Shown: positions 1-12,700 of the stretch, piece by piece
How the letters are laid out: the number at the start of each line of letters is the position of its first letter
Position numbering within the stretch: the stretch's first letter is position 1
Assembly: GCA_053919585.1 (NCBI GenBank)
Contig: CM132785.1
Direction: 5' to 3' (one strand)
DNA length: 64,000 bases
Source of the DNA: Euprymna scolopes
Taxonomy: Eukaryota
Notes under the pieces: generated by a model
Seen by the model: the letters and a program-made list of their open reading frames with translations, nothing else
The model's database searches: none
What the model was told of the DNA's origin: nothing
Made by a program: the position numbers and the translations under genes

Positions 1-175
1 TGACGTGTTTAAAAACAACCGGCGCCTTGTGCCAATGTAAAGGTCGAATCACCGGTGTTAGTTGAAATGTGCGCCTGGCACCGCCAGGCGGCGTCGTCTG
101 CTACGGGGTATCTATTCTTTACTTGGTCCGTAATGTCGAGTGCGACATTACTTGTTACTTCTTTTTAGCTAAACA

Positions 176-626
176 AACTCTTTAAAATAAGTTTAAACAC
201 CAAAACTTTACAAAGCTTGGTAGAAAACAAAAACTTAGAAAAATCAATTTAATTTTTTTAAAACAATATACATGTAAAAATATTTTTGAAAATATTATGG
301 GATGTGCATTATTACCTAAAAATATACAAATGTATTTTCTTTTGGAGGGCGCCCGTTTTAAAACTATATCTACCACTTTAATTTTCTATTTTTGAGCAAT
401 TATCGAGACTCCTAAAGTGTGATCCTCTTATGTTGGACATTTTTTGTTCATAAGTAACACTCGACATTACTTTTTTTTTTTTTTTTAACTACATAAACTC
501 TTTAAAATAAGTTGTAACACCAAAAGCTAGGTAGAAAACGAAAACTTAGAAAAATTGATTTAAATTTTTTAAAACAACAGTAAACAAGTAAAAATATATA
601 TTTTTAAATATTATGGGATGTGTATT
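176..626. repeat. Diverged direct duplication, ~135-bp AT-rich unit
   Basis: aactctttaaaataagtt...tattatgggatgtg occurs at ~176-310 and again at ~495-626. Confidence 0.7.
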
Positions 627-691
627 CTCTTTTAAAGACAATATCTTCTTCAATAACGGTCATAAAATGTGTTTTCAATCGATATTTATTC

Positions 692-752
692 AATAAGGGG
701 CCAGTTTTCCTACCTAGCGAAAGGGGACGAGTTTTCCGGAGACGAGTTTTCC
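692..752. mobile_element. Fragment of a MULE/MuDR-like terminus with 15-bp subterminal repeats
   Basis: ccagttttcctacctagcgaaaggggacgagttttcc is shared with ~43611-43647; two gacgagttttcc units here. The family assignment is inferred from the 15-bp repeat architecture. Confidence 0.5.
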
Positions 753-1009
753 TAAATTCTGTGTAACCCTTAACCGCATGCCGGAAAATTTAAATTTTTT
801 CATTATTGTTGTAATGTTGTAATGAAAAAAAGAAAAGAAATAGAGTTTCATTCAACACACAAAACTAAAAACACATACTAATGATAAATGATTTATTTTA
901 TCCATTGAAATTTAAAAATAGTTTTTATATGCGCACGTAAAAATGTTTGTAAAAATGAGAAATTAATATTCATTAAAAAATATGGTATGTTTTTTTTTTT
1001 TGGTTAGCT

Positions 1010-1092
1010 CTACCTCCACAAATGTTAAGAACAACTTTTGGAATGAACACCCCCAACCTCCCCATGTTAAGAACAGCTTTCGGAATAAACAA
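1010..1092 (+). repeat. Two units of the dispersed 42-bp repeat (cctccccatgttaagaacagctttcggaataaaca...)
   Basis: tgttaagaac at 1023 and 1065; same unit at ~2758-2794, 42207-42288 and 58845-58972. Confidence 0.8.
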
Positions 1093-1306
1093 TTGGGGGG
1101 GGGAGATGAAAAATATTTGCAAAATTTAACTGATATTTGTTGTCAGCATACCCATATGCACATACTACTAAAAAAAAAAAGTTTGAATTGGTTATCGAGT
1201 CTTCAAAGACATCGCGGTCATCTTTTCTTGTTCCCCGCCGTTCAACATTACTCGTTTTTCGAACCGAAATTATCAGTAAATGGGGTCTGGAAGAAAGACG
1301 GAACCT

Positions 1307-2115
1307 GTTTCCTCCGTTTGACTATAGGTGGCGTTCAGTTACGGAAGCACAAAATGTATATAATTGCACCCTTGAAATAAAAATAAATGTTTTTGTTATA
1401 TTTTAATTTTAAACATGTTTTTGTTTTCAAACATATTTAAGTTTAACTTTTTTCAAACATATTTACGTTTTTTTTTTTGCAAACATATTTAAGTTTTATT
1501 TTTCCAAACATTTACGTTTTGTTGCTTGTTTATTTTCAAATATTTACGTTTTTTTTTGTTTTTTTTAAATTTTTTTTTACGTTTCTAAGAGAACATCCTT
1601 TAAGGAATACTCAAGAAAACACATGTCACTTAGAGGTAAAATGTTATCAACAATTTCATCCATTATGTGGTTTGGCAAGGGTTAATTGGCGGCAAAGATC
1701 GTAATAGATTGCACATGTTTACAAAATAAAAAAATAAGAAAACTAGATTTGAAAAAAAAATAACAAAACAAAAAAAATATGTTTGCAAAAAAGAAAAAAA
1801 AAAGGAAAAACGTAAATGTGTTTGGAAAAACGAAAAAGAAACGTAAATGTTTCCAAAACAAACAACAAATAAATATGAAAAACGAAAATAAAAAACCTAA
1901 ATGTTTGAAAATAAACAAGCAACAAAACGTAAAAATATTTGAAAAAAAAAAAACAACTTAAATATGTTTGCAAAAAAACCCAAAAAAAAACATGTTTAAA
2001 ATTAAAATATAACAAAAACATTTATTTTTATTCCAAGGGTGCAATTATATACATTTTGTGCTTCCATAACTGGGTGGACAGACAGTAACGCCACCTATAG
2101 TTAAACAGAGGAAAC
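1307..2115. mobile_element. Foldback/MITE-like element with long inverted arms
   Basis: gtttcctccgtttgactataggtggcgtt...cagttacggaagcacaaaatgtatataattgcacccttg is mirrored by caagggtgcaattatatacattttgtgcttccataactg...aacgccacctatagttaaacagaggaaac. The arms contain internal aaacatattta-type repeats. Confidence 0.75.
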
Positions 2116-3129
2116 GGACTCTCTCGTTATTCCAGATTACCGTACATGGTTTAGTTTTTTTTGTTGTTTTTGTTTTTTACCTATCCGCAAATGCTACTAA
2201 AAATAAAGTCTGTAAAGTGAGACATTATTAATAAATGTTTAGTAACTTTTTTCTTTTAATATTCATAAACAGTAAAACTTTTTTGTACAAAATAAATAAA
2301 TAATGTGACAAATAATCGTTTAGTTACTACGGCAACGTCAGTAAATAAAAAAAATGTTACGTGGTGCGCATGCGTCAGGGAAGGGAGCGACGCTTATTTT
2401 TTATTGCTAGTCGCCATGGAACTCAACGCCCAAGGAGTACCGAAATAAAAACTCTTTTGAACTTTTAAGCGAATTTTGTTTTCTATTTTTTTTAACTTAA
2501 AAAAATAAAACTTTATTTGAATTTTTGGTGCTTATTCAGATTGGCACATATGCGATAAACAAAAGTGAAATAAAAACGCAAGTTCTTTTTTTATAAAAAT
2601 AAAATTTTATCAACAAAAACGAATTTAATTTTTAAACGAACAAAGTCAATTTGGTATTTTTTTTTTTTTTTTTTTTTACATAAGTCCAACTCGCTGTTCA
2701 CATTGGAAATGTCGACTTTATAGGTTTTTGGGTATGCTTACAACAAATAAACACTTCAACCTTTCCATGTTAAGAACGGCTTTCGGTATAGACATGTTTT
2801 GGGGCCGGTCGTCCAGAGACAATCGACCCAACAACTAACAAGGTAGACACGGACAAAAAGTAAACAGCAAAAAGGTAAAGAAGAATAACAGACACAGGTT
2901 GTTTGGTTAAAGACAAGGGTTCGGCTTTTATTTTTAAAGGAAACAAAAAAATCGTATGATCTGGATGCTGGTTGTCCAGAAGGTTGCACGTCACTGGAGA
3001 GTAAGGCCTGGATGTCTGGAAAAGGTACTCTAGACGTAGGGTGGTTCAGAGTTGCTTGCTGGGTCTGGAACGATTGGCTGGACATCAGAGCGATCCGGAA
3101 CGGACGGTAGACACCTAAGAACGCACGGG

Positions 3130-3385
3130 TCAGTGCTAAGGAATGGATGACACTGAGAGCATAGGGGTCAGTGTTAAGGAACGAACGACACTGAGAATGT
3201 GGGGTCAGTGTTAAGGAACGGATGATACTAAGAGCGTAGGGGTCAGTGTTAAGGAACGGACAACACTGAGAACGTAGGGATCAGTGTTAAGGAACGGATG
3301 ACACTGAGAACGTAGGGTCAGGGTTAGTGTTAAGGAATGGACGACACTGAGAACATAGAGGTCAGTGTAAAGGAACAGACGGTCA
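3130..3385. repeat. 38-bp minisatellite, ~7 units, each with a TCAGTGT/ACACTGA hairpin
   Basis: Unit tcagtgttaaggaacggatgacactgagaacgtagggg starts at 3130, 3168, 3205, 3243, 3281, ~3324 and 3362. Confidence 0.9.
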
Positions 3386-3396
3386 GTAGGGAGCCA

Positions 3397-3600
3397 GTTG
3401 CAGGCAAGGTTGCAGGCCGAAAAGGCGAGGTGAAAGCGAGGTTGCAGGCCGGAGGAGCGAGGGCCAAGCGAGGTCGCAGGCCAGAGAAGCGAAGTGCAAG
3501 CAAGGTCGCAGGCAAGGTTGCAGGCTGGAGGAGCGAGGTTGCAAACCAGAGGAGTGAGGTCCAGGCAAGGTTGCCAGAAAGCTGCAGGAGGAGCTGGAAG
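3397..3600. repeat. GC-rich degenerate repeat of the gc(a/g)aggttgcaggc motif
   Basis: Repeated aggttgcaggc/aggtcgcaggc modules; the overlapping low-complexity ORFs are by-products. Confidence 0.7.
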
Positions 3601-4359
3601 GCAACAAGGGCTGGAAGGCTGTGGGAATGAGCAGGAAGTTTTGGAGACTGGGAGTGAAGTTCGCTGCTGGTGGGTCTCAGGAGGCAAGCAATAGTGAATT
3701 GCATTAGTAGAAAAAACTTATTAGCCCTGGTAAGGGCTAGTTTGTTAGGCCTGATAAGGGATGTTTGAACTGCTGCTGAGACGGCTGCTGGGAATTCTTC
3801 GGCTCGTGGGTTAAGTCGATGTGACTGGTAGTGTCAACGTCGCCATTTTGGGAGTCTCCTCCAACTCTCCTGGCCGAATCTGGCACCTGACCGAAACTGC
3901 CCTGGTTGGGTTGAGGCTGGCTGTATTTATTTGGCCAGCGTGATGTTAGTGATGTCGCTCCCAATAAGACAAACAAACGACTCTAATTAATTCCAGAACG
4001 AAATTTATGCAATCAAAAGAAGCTTGGAAGTTTGTTGATTCCATTTAAATTAATTTTGTCTAAAAGTAAAAAGTAAACTGCCTGATTTATTGGCGTTTTT
4101 AATATATTTGAATTCCGACATGCATACAGAAGAAAGGGAAGGTGAATCTATTCACTGAACCTGGATATCTTCATCCATTTAGCTCGCGTTAGCCTATCGC
4201 GTCCTTTGTTTAAAGAAAGGGAAGGTGAAGAGAAACGAAACCGTAACGAGGCCCTTTCCCTGGATGATTGATAGTTATCAATTGATGATAGATTTGTGTC
4301 TCGGCAGGTTTGGTTAAGGATGATTGGTGAGTGTAAGCGGGTCTGCACAATTGTTCGTC

Positions 4360-4545
4360 AGTCTGCAAGTGCGTCTACAGAGTGTGTGGTGCAGTTGAAA
4401 GTGCTGTGTGAGTGCAAGTGAGTCTTCATCTTCTTAGTTTGCAAGTGCGTCTGCAGAGTTAAAGTGATGAGATCGAAAGTGATGAGTGATGTGCAAGTGG
4501 GTCTGCACGTTCTTAGTCTGCAAGTGCGTCTGCAGAGTCCAAGTG
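4360..4545. repeat. ~78-bp degenerate tandem repeat (gtctgcaagtgcgtctgcagagt), probably retroelement-derived
   Basis: Three copies near 4361, 4438 and 4517; related copies at ~18950-19110. Confidence 0.55.
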
Positions 4546-5239
4546 AAGTATGGTTGAAGTCAGTTGCATATGGGACATCAGGCACATAAGCTCCAGCCCT
4601 CACCACCATCAATCGAATGACAGGCTGAAGCAGCGGTGAAGCTGATGAAAGTAATTATTAAAAACATCGACAAAACAAGGAACAGATTTTTGGAAAGTCA
4701 TACTTGAATGGTGCAACACAATCACACCTGGCATGCACAGTTCACCAGCACACAGGTTCTTTTCAAGGCGCACACACTCCATACTACCTGGCAAAACCAC
4801 AGACTAAACAACACAAGTGAAAGTACTTACACAGCATCCACTCATACATAAAAGATAAGTAGCAAAAATATACTATGACAGACACACTAAGCCACTGTCA
4901 GGCCTCACTATAGGACAGCCTGTTAGAGTGAAATGTCACCAACAGATCCCTAATAGTGATTGGAAACCTATAGCCCCTTTAAGCATAGATATGTTAAATT
5001 CACATTCCCCATTGATGGAACCTATACACACTAGTATGTTTAAGACTTGGGGGCACCCATCACACATGTATACAAATGCTATTCTTTAACACTCCCATCC
5101 CCCTATATCTCAACACAGACCCAAATTCACACCCTTATTGGGTTTTATTTACATATAACCAAATCTTATTTTTCATAACATCTGACGGAACTTCCTAATT
5201 TTAACTTCCTATGATGAAGAAGATCTGATATCATCATTA

Positions 5240-5505
5240 CAAACTTTGCTTTTGTATAAGCTATATCGCTTGAACTCTGATGACGCGTATTCAGGTCCAT
5301 TGTCGCTGATCGCTATTGTCGGAATTTTCTTTTTTTTTTAAGGACCTCGCCATTAATAGCGCAAAGGGTGGGGGTGTCAGCATTTTAACCAACCTGTAAA
5401 ATTCACTTAACCCCTCCTCATCTTGACCGCGTCTAGCAATCGTTGAACTGAAGGACCTTTCAGCTGGCGAAGGTGTGCATGCGCATGTCTGTCTGTCTGT
5501 CTGTC

Positions 5506-5549
<44 letters not shown>

Positions 5550-6994
5550 AATGCCTTTCCTTTTTTCTTGGGAGCCATCAGCATTGCTTAACGCTGATTG
5601 GTTGGACAATCTCAATCAACTTTGTGAGACCCTTTTCAAATTAATTCCAAAGAAGACATCGGACAGTGAAGTCCTGTTTTTTTGGAAATCCGTCGGGCCC
5701 AGCAAGCGACGTAAAACACTCAACTGTCCTTAAGTGTGGAAGGCCTTTATTGAGAGGTTGAAATTGGAGTTAAAAAAAAACACACCATTTATTGAAGACG
5801 TTAACCCTTTCAGAGAAAGGAGACCAACGAAAGAAGAAGTGACCGAGCTTGTCACTAATTATTCCAAGCTGTGGACGGGAGACTCGTAAACAGTGATTTA
5901 TTTCTTTGTCCCCCTTTCAAACGGATGAAGAAATAGCAAGACAACACTTTTCAGAGAAAAGGAAAATTATTTCAAAAAGAAAGAGAAACCAACCCTTTAA
6001 AAGACAGGGAAAACAAAAAGAAAGAAATAAAAGATAACCCCCCTTTCAGAGAGCTTTATTTTTAAACCTTTTAAAGGTTTTGTTTGTTTAAAAAAAAGAG
6101 ACAGGAAAGAAGAGAGGAAAAGAAAAGAACTTTGAAAGAACATTGCAACCTGCATGTTTTTCTTTTCAGAAAAAAAAAAGGAGAAAATGACTTTTTGTTG
6201 AAAGACTGGATTTGAAAAAAGAATATTTTCTATTTTTTATGTGCTTTTATTTCAGCCTTTCTGTCAAGATTTGTTTTTTGTATTTGTTTTTAATTTTTTA
6301 TTTCATGTTACTTACAGGTCTTTAAAACCTGAGCTTAGGAAACTATAAGCAACCGTAACTATTTTCTTTAAATAAATTCGGATCATTTTAAATTCATTTC
6401 GGATGTGTATTTCTTTTGCTCATTTCTCTTTGCTTGTTTAATTTTTCCCTCCCCCCCTTTTAATTTGGTACCTTAAAAGACGGATTTTGGTGACAACCCC
6501 CAAATCCCGACACTATTTGTGGAATAGAAAATTTTGCGAAAGTGTTTTTTATTTTTTTTTTTTTGATCACTGTGCGTGATTTACAGTCATCAAGTTTGTG
6601 GATATCAAAGTATCTCGTTGTGTAGTCTATTATTACTACATCTGCTTTATTGTATAAATAAAAAATGTTTGTCGCAACTTTCGTCCATGGTGTTACTTGT
6701 ATTTTATGGTGCATTAGAGGTTCTTCAGTGGGTTTTATTATTCCCATTTTTGTCATTTTCTCAAGTTCCTTTTTTAATTTTGGTTTCATGCCAAATGGGA
6801 TATTTCTTGAGGTATTTATAACGTTTTTTTTTATCTGGGTTTATAGTTATGTGGTGAGTGACTGGTAATTTTCCGATGTCACCAAAGCAATCTTTGTGTC
6901 TTCCTATTATAGGAATTTTTGTACTATTGTATGCAGTTAGTGTTATCATTGTTTTTGTTAATTTAGGTTTAGGTTGTATTGTGTTGTAAATCTT
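5240..6994 (-). pseudogene. Internally deleted Gypsy pol remnant, split by a solo LTR
   Basis: LTAYNSTKIPIIG (protease), CFGDIGKLP and KKELEKMTKMGIIKPTEEP (RT N-terminus), PWTKVATNIF...FSIPQIV then ISDNGPEY (integrase), with the solo LTR between the last two motifs. Confidence 0.8.
5317..6512. mobile_element. Solo LTR (1196 bp) with 4-bp TSD CTAT
   Basis: Inverted termini tgtcggaattt...aaatcccgaca; CTAT at 5313-5316 and 6513-6516; removing it rejoins the integrase motif. Contains a (CT)n tract. Confidence 0.85.
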
Positions 6995-6996
6995 TA

Positions 6997-9789
6997 GGGG
7001 AAGGTGGGGTAAGTTGAGCATAGGGGTAAGCCACCCCTTTTCAGCCACAACTGACTAAGCCAATCCAAGTTTGTATGCAATCTATAAACAACTGATCACG
7101 TGACTTTAACTTCCACCATTTTGTTTTGTTGAACCAAGATCAGAGGTTGATGCAGTAAAAGAAAATCTGATTTCGTGCCAAAAAAGTAACATAAAGCGTT
7201 TCAGAGCTGAGTGCATGTTTCTTGTGTGTAGTAATAGTTTGATTAGATACAATATGTTGTAGTTGTTTGTTCAATTACTTGCCTTTAATAATTAAAATGA
7301 GAATTATCGGATTTATTGTGTTAACTTCATTTTTCTTTTTTGTGTGTTTCACAGAAAAAAAAGCCCACCAGACATGTGCAACTACGTGCGAAAGACAAAT
7401 CGTGGACAAACTCCTACAGACGTTATGGAACGGGCTGCTGCCGCTATTACTGGAGGGCAGAGTGTGAGGAGTGCTGCAAAGGGCTTTAACATTGATCGAA
7501 TGACACTCAAGCGGTACATGGACAAACAAGACAGTCAACCAGCAGGGACTGCTTACACACCTGTTTCTTTATGGCAATTGGTTTTTAGTCCTGAAATGGA
7601 AAGGGATTTGGCTGACCACATGAAACAATTGTAAGACATGTTTCATAGTTTGTCATTGAGAAGATGTCGCACACTGGCATATGAGTTTGCTAAAAAAAAC
7701 TGTCTCAATGTGCCACCAAATTAAGATCATGAGAAAAAAGCAGGACATGATTGGTGGTTAGGCTTCAAGAAGCGATAGAACCTGGCAATTAGAGTGACAG
7801 ATGCAACATCTTTTGGGTGTGCCACAGCCTTACACCGCCCAGTTGTTGATAAATTTTTCAACAACTCGAGTCAGATAATGGACAAGTACAAGTTCTCACC
7901 AAGTGACATTTACAACGCTAATGAGACTGGGTGCACCACCGTTCAAAACCCTGGAGCGGTTGTCACAGAAAAAGGAAAAAAAAACAACGTGGGGAATTGG
8001 TAACGGTGGTGTACACTGAGTGCAATTGGATCAGTAGTGCCTCTTCTGTTTATCTTTCCCAGAGTCCACTACACAGATCACTTCATCAGAGGTGGACCAA
8101 CACAGTGCATAGGGATGGCAACGCAGAGTGGCTGGATGAATGAAGAGGCGCGTGTGAAATATTTAAATCACATCATCAAACACACCAGATGCTCACCAAA
8201 AAAGAAAATCCTCTTAATCCTCGACAATCACGCCACACACATTTCTTTGAATGTTGTGAACACAGCAGGATCTCATGGCATTGTCTTACTGACCATTCCA
8301 CCATACACTTCTCATCGTCTCCAGCCACTTGACCGGTCAGTGTATGGACCCTTCAAAACGTCATACAACAGAGCCATGGATGGATGACTACGATCCAATC
8401 CAGGGAAAACAGTAACAATATATGAAATCCCAGCTCTAGTGAAACAAGCCCAGATGATTGTCATGACACTATTGAACATTGCTGTTGGATTCCAAGCCTC
8501 GGGCATTCATCCATTTAACCGGGACATCTTTAGTGAAATTGACTTTTCCCCTTCTCTTTCAACTGACCGTGAGCAAAATGTGGCTGCAGAAAGCCTTGAG
8601 GCAAATTCTAATGTGGAAGATGCAGAACCATCAGGTGAGGTTCCTGGAGCAGTCTTGCCCGTGTCCAGTGATGATGTCCAGCCACAAAAAACAGCAAGCA
8701 GATTATCTTATGCAACCATCCGCATCGGGGTCTTTTGTTTTATCTAGCTCACATGATGGCATGCATCGTCCATACATTTCACCATCTGCAATTCAGCCAT
8801 TTCCGGAAGCAGCACCAATAAAGGCAAGAAGAGGTGGTCGCAAAAAGGGCAGCTCAAAGATCTTGACTGACAACCCTGAATGACAGGAGCTGATAGCCCT
8901 TTCTGAAAATAGAAAGAGGAGCCTATTAACAAAAACAAAGCAGTGTTTGTTCAATGCTGGTGGGAAAAAGTCATGTCCCCCGAGATCTAAAACTCCATGT
9001 TCAAGTGACACTGATGATTCAGATTTTGAATTTGATGATGTGTCATCAGATAGTGATGGTGATATTGATCTGGATAGCATAATAATCGAAGGTGACTTTG
9101 TGGTTGTCAAATGTGCTCGTAAATTATGAACTATGAACTACATTCCTCGGGTTGACACTCTCAACGGGGAGGACTTTGAGTTTGAAGGTGTTTTCTTTCA
9201 AAAAGTTGCTGGGAAGGTTAGAACGAATAAACCTGTGTTTGTTCCAAATCAAAAGGATGAAGCGGGTTTCAATGCAGAAGATGTTGTTTACAAGCTGCCA
9301 CAGCCAAATAGTGTTGGCAGTTCTGTCCGTTGTTCTGGCCAGCTCGTGTTCAGTTGTGACTTGTCACAGTGGCAACTTCATTAACTTACTTTCAGATACA
9401 TGTTTCAAATTTTGTGCTGGTTCATTCGTTGTAATTAACATTTCTACTTCATGATTATAATTTGTTTTATAACCACAGCAACAATTTCGGGCTTGTTCTT
9501 TCTCCATTTGCAACACATTTTTGCGTGGCACAACTTACCCCTGTGTGGCACAACTTACCCCAGAGGTTGGATCAAATTGCCCCATGGTCGGGGCAACTTG
9601 AGCCATTTGATATGCACTTTTGTAAAACTCATGGTCGGTTTAAGTGTACTAGCAGAAGACTGTAACTTGTTTCACAATGTTCTCAAATAAAAGAATTGGA
9701 AATAATACACTCATCTTTGCAAAATAATTCGTCGTTTGGCTTCTGAACAGCCGAAATGGAAAATTGGCTTAACTTACCCTGCCTTCCTC
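6997..9789 (+). mobile_element. pogo-superfamily DNA transposon (DD35D, Fot-like/Passer type), full length and decayed
   Basis: TIRs ggggaaggtggggtaagttgagc / gcttaacttaccctgccttcctc flanked by TA at 6995-6996 and 9790-9791. Confidence 0.85.
7374..9384 (+). pseudogene. pogo-type DDE_1 transposase with stops and frameshifts
   Basis: HTH_psq-like SVRSAAKGFNIDRMTLKRY; CENP-B-type HTH region FSPEMERDL; IYNANETG (first D changed to N); LILDNHATH...HRLQPLD with 35 residues between the two Asp. Confidence 0.85.
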
Positions 9790-9791
9790 TA

Positions 9792-12700
9792 CTAATAAAC
9801 CACAACAACGAGCCGGAAGTGATTTACCACACTCTTCAAATAATAACTACAGTAACGACAAAATAAAAAACTGTAGATTCTGTTCATTCTCACATTTCCA
9901 TGTAAACTGCCCTGCATATGGTCGAATCAGCAATAAATGCAAGAGACAAAATCATTTTGCGAGTAGATGTCCTGCTAAAAGAGTAGTACAGAAAGTGCAC
10001 CAGGAACACAATGAGGTATCTTCTACAGACGAAGATAATTGTGAAAATTATGTGGATAGCATCTCTGCCAAATTCTCATCCAAGAAGAAAAAAATAACAA
10101 AAATCCACAAAGTTAATGCCTTAGCTGAAGATTGGAACATTAATTTACAAATCAATGGGACGAACATACAATTTAAAATGGAATCCGGCAGTCAAGTTAA
10201 CATTCTTCCAATAAAAGATTACTACAGATTATCGGTTCGTCCAAAATTTCATTCAACCAACATAACACTTTCTGTCTATAACGACACAGCAATACCAGTT
10301 CAAGATAAGTGTGTTGCTCAAGTAATAAGAAATAATGTCAAGTATCATGTAATGTTTGTCATAGCAGATACATGTCATGTTTGTCATAGCAGATATATAT
10401 TCATCTCCAATACTAGGACTAAACACCTGTACTAGTTTCACCCTAATAAAAAAAGGTATGCAAAATTAACACAAATAACAGTGATTTTCTCTCTGAATTT
10501 AAGGAATGCTTTGGAGAACTTGGAACTCTGCCTGGTGTTCATCACATCACAATAGACCCAGAAATTAAACCTGTCATAAACCCTCCACGGAATATTCCAT
10601 TTGTACTAAAGAAAAAATGAAAAAAGAAACTTGTTTCATTAAACCTGTATCAGAACCAACAGAATGGGTATCATCACTGGTGGTAGTAGAAAAACCCAAT
10701 GGTTTCCTTCGTGTATGCTTTGACCCACGGAAGCTTAACAAGGCTATAAAAAGAGAGCATTATAGGTTATCAATAGCATCAGACATAATACAGGAAATGG
10801 CAGGTGCGAAATTTTTCACTAAGCTTGATGCATCTAATGCATTCTGGCAGATTAAAGTTGATGAGGAAAGTTCCAAACGTCTCACTTTCAAGTCACCTTG
10901 TGGACGCTACAGATTCACACGTCTACCATATGGCATACACAGTGCCAGTGAAATATGTCATGCAAAAATAGCAGCTATCATAGAACATGTTGAAGGATGC
11001 AGAAACTCACAGGATGATATCATTTGGGCAGACACGCCAGAACTCTTACAAAAGAGAACTACTGAAGTTCTGAATGCTATAAGGAAATCCGGCATGAAAC
11101 TAAATCAATCAAATTGTCAGTCCAACATAACTGAGTTAACATTCCTAGGACACAAAATATCCAGTAGAGGGGTTGAACCTGATAACAAAAAAGGCAAAGC
11201 GATCATGAGCATGCCAAAGCCAGCAAACAAAACAGAACTCCAGCGTTTTCTAGGCATGATAAATTACTTTGGAAAATTTATTCCTAACTTATCAAATGTA
11301 ACTGCACCTTTTCGCCTCTTGTTGGAAAAAGATAATATGTGGTCTTTTGATAAACCACAGAAAGCTGTTCGATGACTAAAAAAATTAGTTACACAGAGTC
11401 CAACATTAAAATACTTTGACCCAGCACTTCCCATCAGAGTCTCTTCAGACGCATCAACCCTAGGACTTGGGGCTATGTTGGAACAAAAACACAACAATAA
11501 CTGGGCTCCAGTGGCATTTGCTAGCCGTTGTCTTACATCAGCTGAGGGCAACTATTGCCCGCTTGAACTGGAAATGTTGTCTATAGTATTTTCATGTTAA
11601 CATTTCCATGAATATGGGCAACGCGTTCTAATAAATAATGATCACAAGCCTCTCAAAACTATTGTCACAAAACCAATTTCTAAAACCCCACCCAGAGTAA
11701 AATGTTTCCTATTATGCTTACAGAAATACAATTTCGAAATTGAATACACTCAGGGCAAACTAATTCATGTTGTTGATACACTCAGCCATGCAGCACAAAA
11801 GTACAACAATCCAGAAATCTCTGACAAAGAAATGAACTTTTTTGTCCACTCCCTAATTTCTTCAATACCCATTAGCGACAAACGTCGACAACAGCTCATA
11901 ACTCAGACGGCTAATGATGAAACATTACAACAACTGCAACAGCAAATCAATGATGATCAGGATGGCCACAGCATCAAAATAATCTCAACGCCTGTCTTCA
12001 ACCATATTTTAATTACAGAGATGACATGACATACCAGGAAGAACTACTATTAAAGGGTCAACAAATTGTTGTTCCAACCAATATGCGAGCAGAAATGCGT
12101 AGGATTTTACATCAGGCACATCTTGGTATTGAGAAAACCAAATCCAATGTTAGGCAGTCTCTTTTTTGCCAAAAATGAACAAAGAAATAGAGGACATGAT
12201 AAAAAATTGCGATTCATGTCAACGCTATAGCAATCGACAAAGTTCAGAGCCAGAAATATGGCATGACATTCCTGACCAACCATGGCATAAGGTTGGTACA
12301 GATCTCTTCAGGCTGCAGGGGAAAGATTACATCATGGTAGTGGATTACCACTCAACATTTTTTGTATTCAGCCATCCCATTGATACAACTGCATCAACAG
12401 TAATAACCTGTAAAAAACATATCTTCTCGAGCCATGGTATACCCAAACAGGTAATATCCAATAATGGCCCACAATTTAAGTCTCAACAATACAAGGAATT
12501 TGCTCCAAAATGGGATTTTTTCCATGTAACTAGCAATCCAGAATGCCCACAATCAAATGGTCTAGTCGAGAGAACCATCCAAACAGTGAAGAAAATACTG
12601 CACAAATGTTTCCAGACTGGAGACGATCCATATCTTGCTCTACTAACCTTACGTACAACACCTGGCAAAAATAATAAATCTCCTTCACCAGCAGCTAAAC

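Larger units (their letters stand above)
2795..3966 (-). mobile_element. Solo LTR (1172 bp) with 5-bp TSD AGACA
   Basis: Ends tgttttgggg...ctcccaata; AGACA at 2790-2794 and 3967-3971. Minus-strand ATAAATA at ~3924-3930 and AATAAA at 2927-2932. It interrupts a 42-bp repeat unit. Confidence 0.7.

Noticed and set aside
3130-3385. CRISPR-like palindromic repeat array
   Set aside because: Units are contiguous with no unique spacers, there are no cas genes, and the array lies inside a eukaryotic solo LTR.
3211-3704. Overlapping 66-158 aa ORFs
   Set aside because: Low-complexity translations of GC-rich repeats with no domain motifs.
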